Shown here: piece by piece, positions 62,051 through 64,000 of the stretch
Numbering within the stretch: the stretch's first letter is position 1
Layout of the letters: every line of letters starts with the position of its first letter
From: Sphagnum compactum
Lineage: Eukaryota
Assembly: GCA_965153455.1 (NCBI GenBank)
Contig: OZ234493.1
Location: 13,816,213-13,880,212 of the forward strand
Length of the DNA: 64,000 nucleotides
Direction of reading: 5' to 3'
Notes under the pieces: model-generated
The model's input: only the letters and a program-made list of their open reading frames with translations
The model's database searches: none
Told to the model about the DNA's origin: nothing
Program-made: the position numbers and the translations under genes

Positions 62051-64000
62051 CGAATTACCCATGGATGTACATGTTGCCAAAAAAGGGTTCATCGAAAAAT
62101 TATTAACATGTCAAGATGAAGGAAATATGTAATTTGGGGTGGGGACTTTGAATGTAATACATAATTTGAAGATGGGGTCTTTGAGTGGTCACCATGTACA
62201 TTTGAAGATAAAATATGACATAATTAAATTATGAAATGACCAATCTTTTAAAAATTGAACATAATTAATCCATGTAATGACTTGAGTTTTAAAAGTTGAA
62301 CATATGTAATTTGTGTGGTGATTCATTTGATGATGTTGAGTCATTGGATTAACATTGGCAATTTGAAATTAAATTATTTATATTTGATAAAGATAGAATA
62401 TTAATTAATAATTTAAGGTTGGGTGATTCACACTTGATGAGTCATGTGATGAATGCTTAAGTTAATTAATTTAGATGAAAATATAATTTTTGGATGATAC
62501 ATTTGAAAGTTGATTGTTAACTTCCATTTATTATTAAAAAAATACTTAGGATTGTGATGAACAACAATTTGAAAGGTTGATGTATAAATAAATATTAATT
62601 TTGATAAAACCATAATAAATTTAGAGTTTTTATATTAAAAATTTGAAGACTTGAAAAAGGAATTCATGAATAGGTTGAAAGGATGTAACATGCATCCTTG
62701 TGTTTATTAATTTATCACATTTTTTTATTGTTTTGTTAATGAGAATTAAATTCAAGATTCATTAGTTTGGATAAAATGAACATATTACTTCATTCGGGTA
62801 TATAATAATGTTGGGGTAGTTATCAAAATAAACCATAATTTTTAGTTTGAAAACCATTGAATAAAACCCAAAGGTGATAATTGGATTAAAAACTATTCAC
62901 CATGGTTTTCACTAAAGTGAAAATTGCCCTCTGGAGAAAATTTGACATTTTTTAAAATTCAAAAATCTAAAAATTGCTTATAATAAAAAATATATCCAAG
63001 GATGGTTTCAAACAAAAGGGGTAGGTCTACCCCTTGGGTTCCTTTGTACTCCTAAATGAAAATAAAGTTAAAATGAATAATAGCTTGGACTGTTACATTT
63101 AAAAAAAATTAGATTGTAAATGAACTTAGAATCTAAAATCATATTGAACATTAATATTGTCAATTTTTTAATTATCCATTTTACAATAAACTTTAATGAT
63201 AATCGTACTTCATTTTTTGGATAAGTTCTAAGAAAGATAGACGCATAATGAACTTTTCAAATGATGACACTACATCTATCGTGTAAATAAAGTAAAAAAT
63301 GTGAATTCAAAAACATGTCATAGTAGTATCAAAATAAAAATTAAAAAATAGTTCATCATTGAATGAAAAATTTAAGAATGAAATGCATTGAAACCTTCTT
63401 AAGACAAGATATTTTCATTTAAAACATTTAAAATGTTGTTGTGACTTTTGTGATTTTAAATCATTTTTTCCATTTCATATTGAAATATTTAAGCTTCACA
63501 TGAAATTTTTTATCAATTACATGTCTAGGGATATTTATAAGGTGACCTACCAATATTTGTGAAAAAAAACATAAGTGATGATTATAGGATTTATAGTTTG
63601 ATAATTAGTACAATTGCAAGAATTGTAGCTAATGTAAAAATGTGAAGTTTTCAAAATGTCAAAAGTGAGCCACGTAACCATGTTTTTACCCTCCTTCCTA
63701 ATAAATAATCCCATATGCAATATATTGGTTATAATTTTAAGAGTTCCTTAAATAATGTCGATAATTAAGTCCAAATTTACATGGGGATGCTTGCCACCTT
63801 AGTTCCATAAGTAAATTGAAAAAAAATCATTAACCTAAAAAATCTAGATAGTCTAAATGGAAAGGCATCTAATCTCAAATTTAAAAGGTCAATACATGTG
63901 GAGACCAACTTTGAGATAGTAAAAAATTTTAAAAACTAAAAATTTGTCCTAGAAAGAGAATTTGTCCCAAAAAAGAAAGCATGCCTAGATTTTTCCCTTC

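Noticed and set aside
59000-64000. Genes in the AT-rich right end
   Set aside because: No credible ORFs or exon patterns; appears to be decayed repeat or intergenic DNA.

Overview
AT-rich, intron-containing land-plant nuclear DNA. A bryophyte such as Sphagnum is my inference from gene style and repeat content, not verified. Three intact spliced genes can be reconstructed with GT-AG introns and continuous frames: 60S ribosomal protein L13a (+, 20319-22038, 5 exons), a multi-pass membrane protein of the plant 'DPLxHFxKYxGGY..KHYWAS' family, possibly Tweety/prominin-like (-, 24015-28397, 10 exons), and cytosolic glutamine synthetase GS1 (+, 53630-57725, 13 exons). The window opens inside the 3' part of an LRR gene, probably an NLR-type immune receptor. 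It is built from near-identical 144-bp units whose variation is concentrated in surface codons, and it ends at a CAA->TAA nonsense followed by a decaying tail. The rest is repeat-rich: decayed Ty3/Gypsy-like and Ty1/Copia gag remnants, degenerate telomere-like arrays, a non-autonomous CACTA element holding a satellite and a tRNA-like segment, a non-autonomous Helitron, foldback/MITE-like inverted repeats, and several minisatellites. Around the CACTA element lies a mosaic of isolated, decayed host-gene pieces (FtsJ/RrmJ methyltransferase exon, PPR E motif, villin exon). Most short ORFs in the track are spurious. All family assignments come from motif recognition by eye; no database searches were run.
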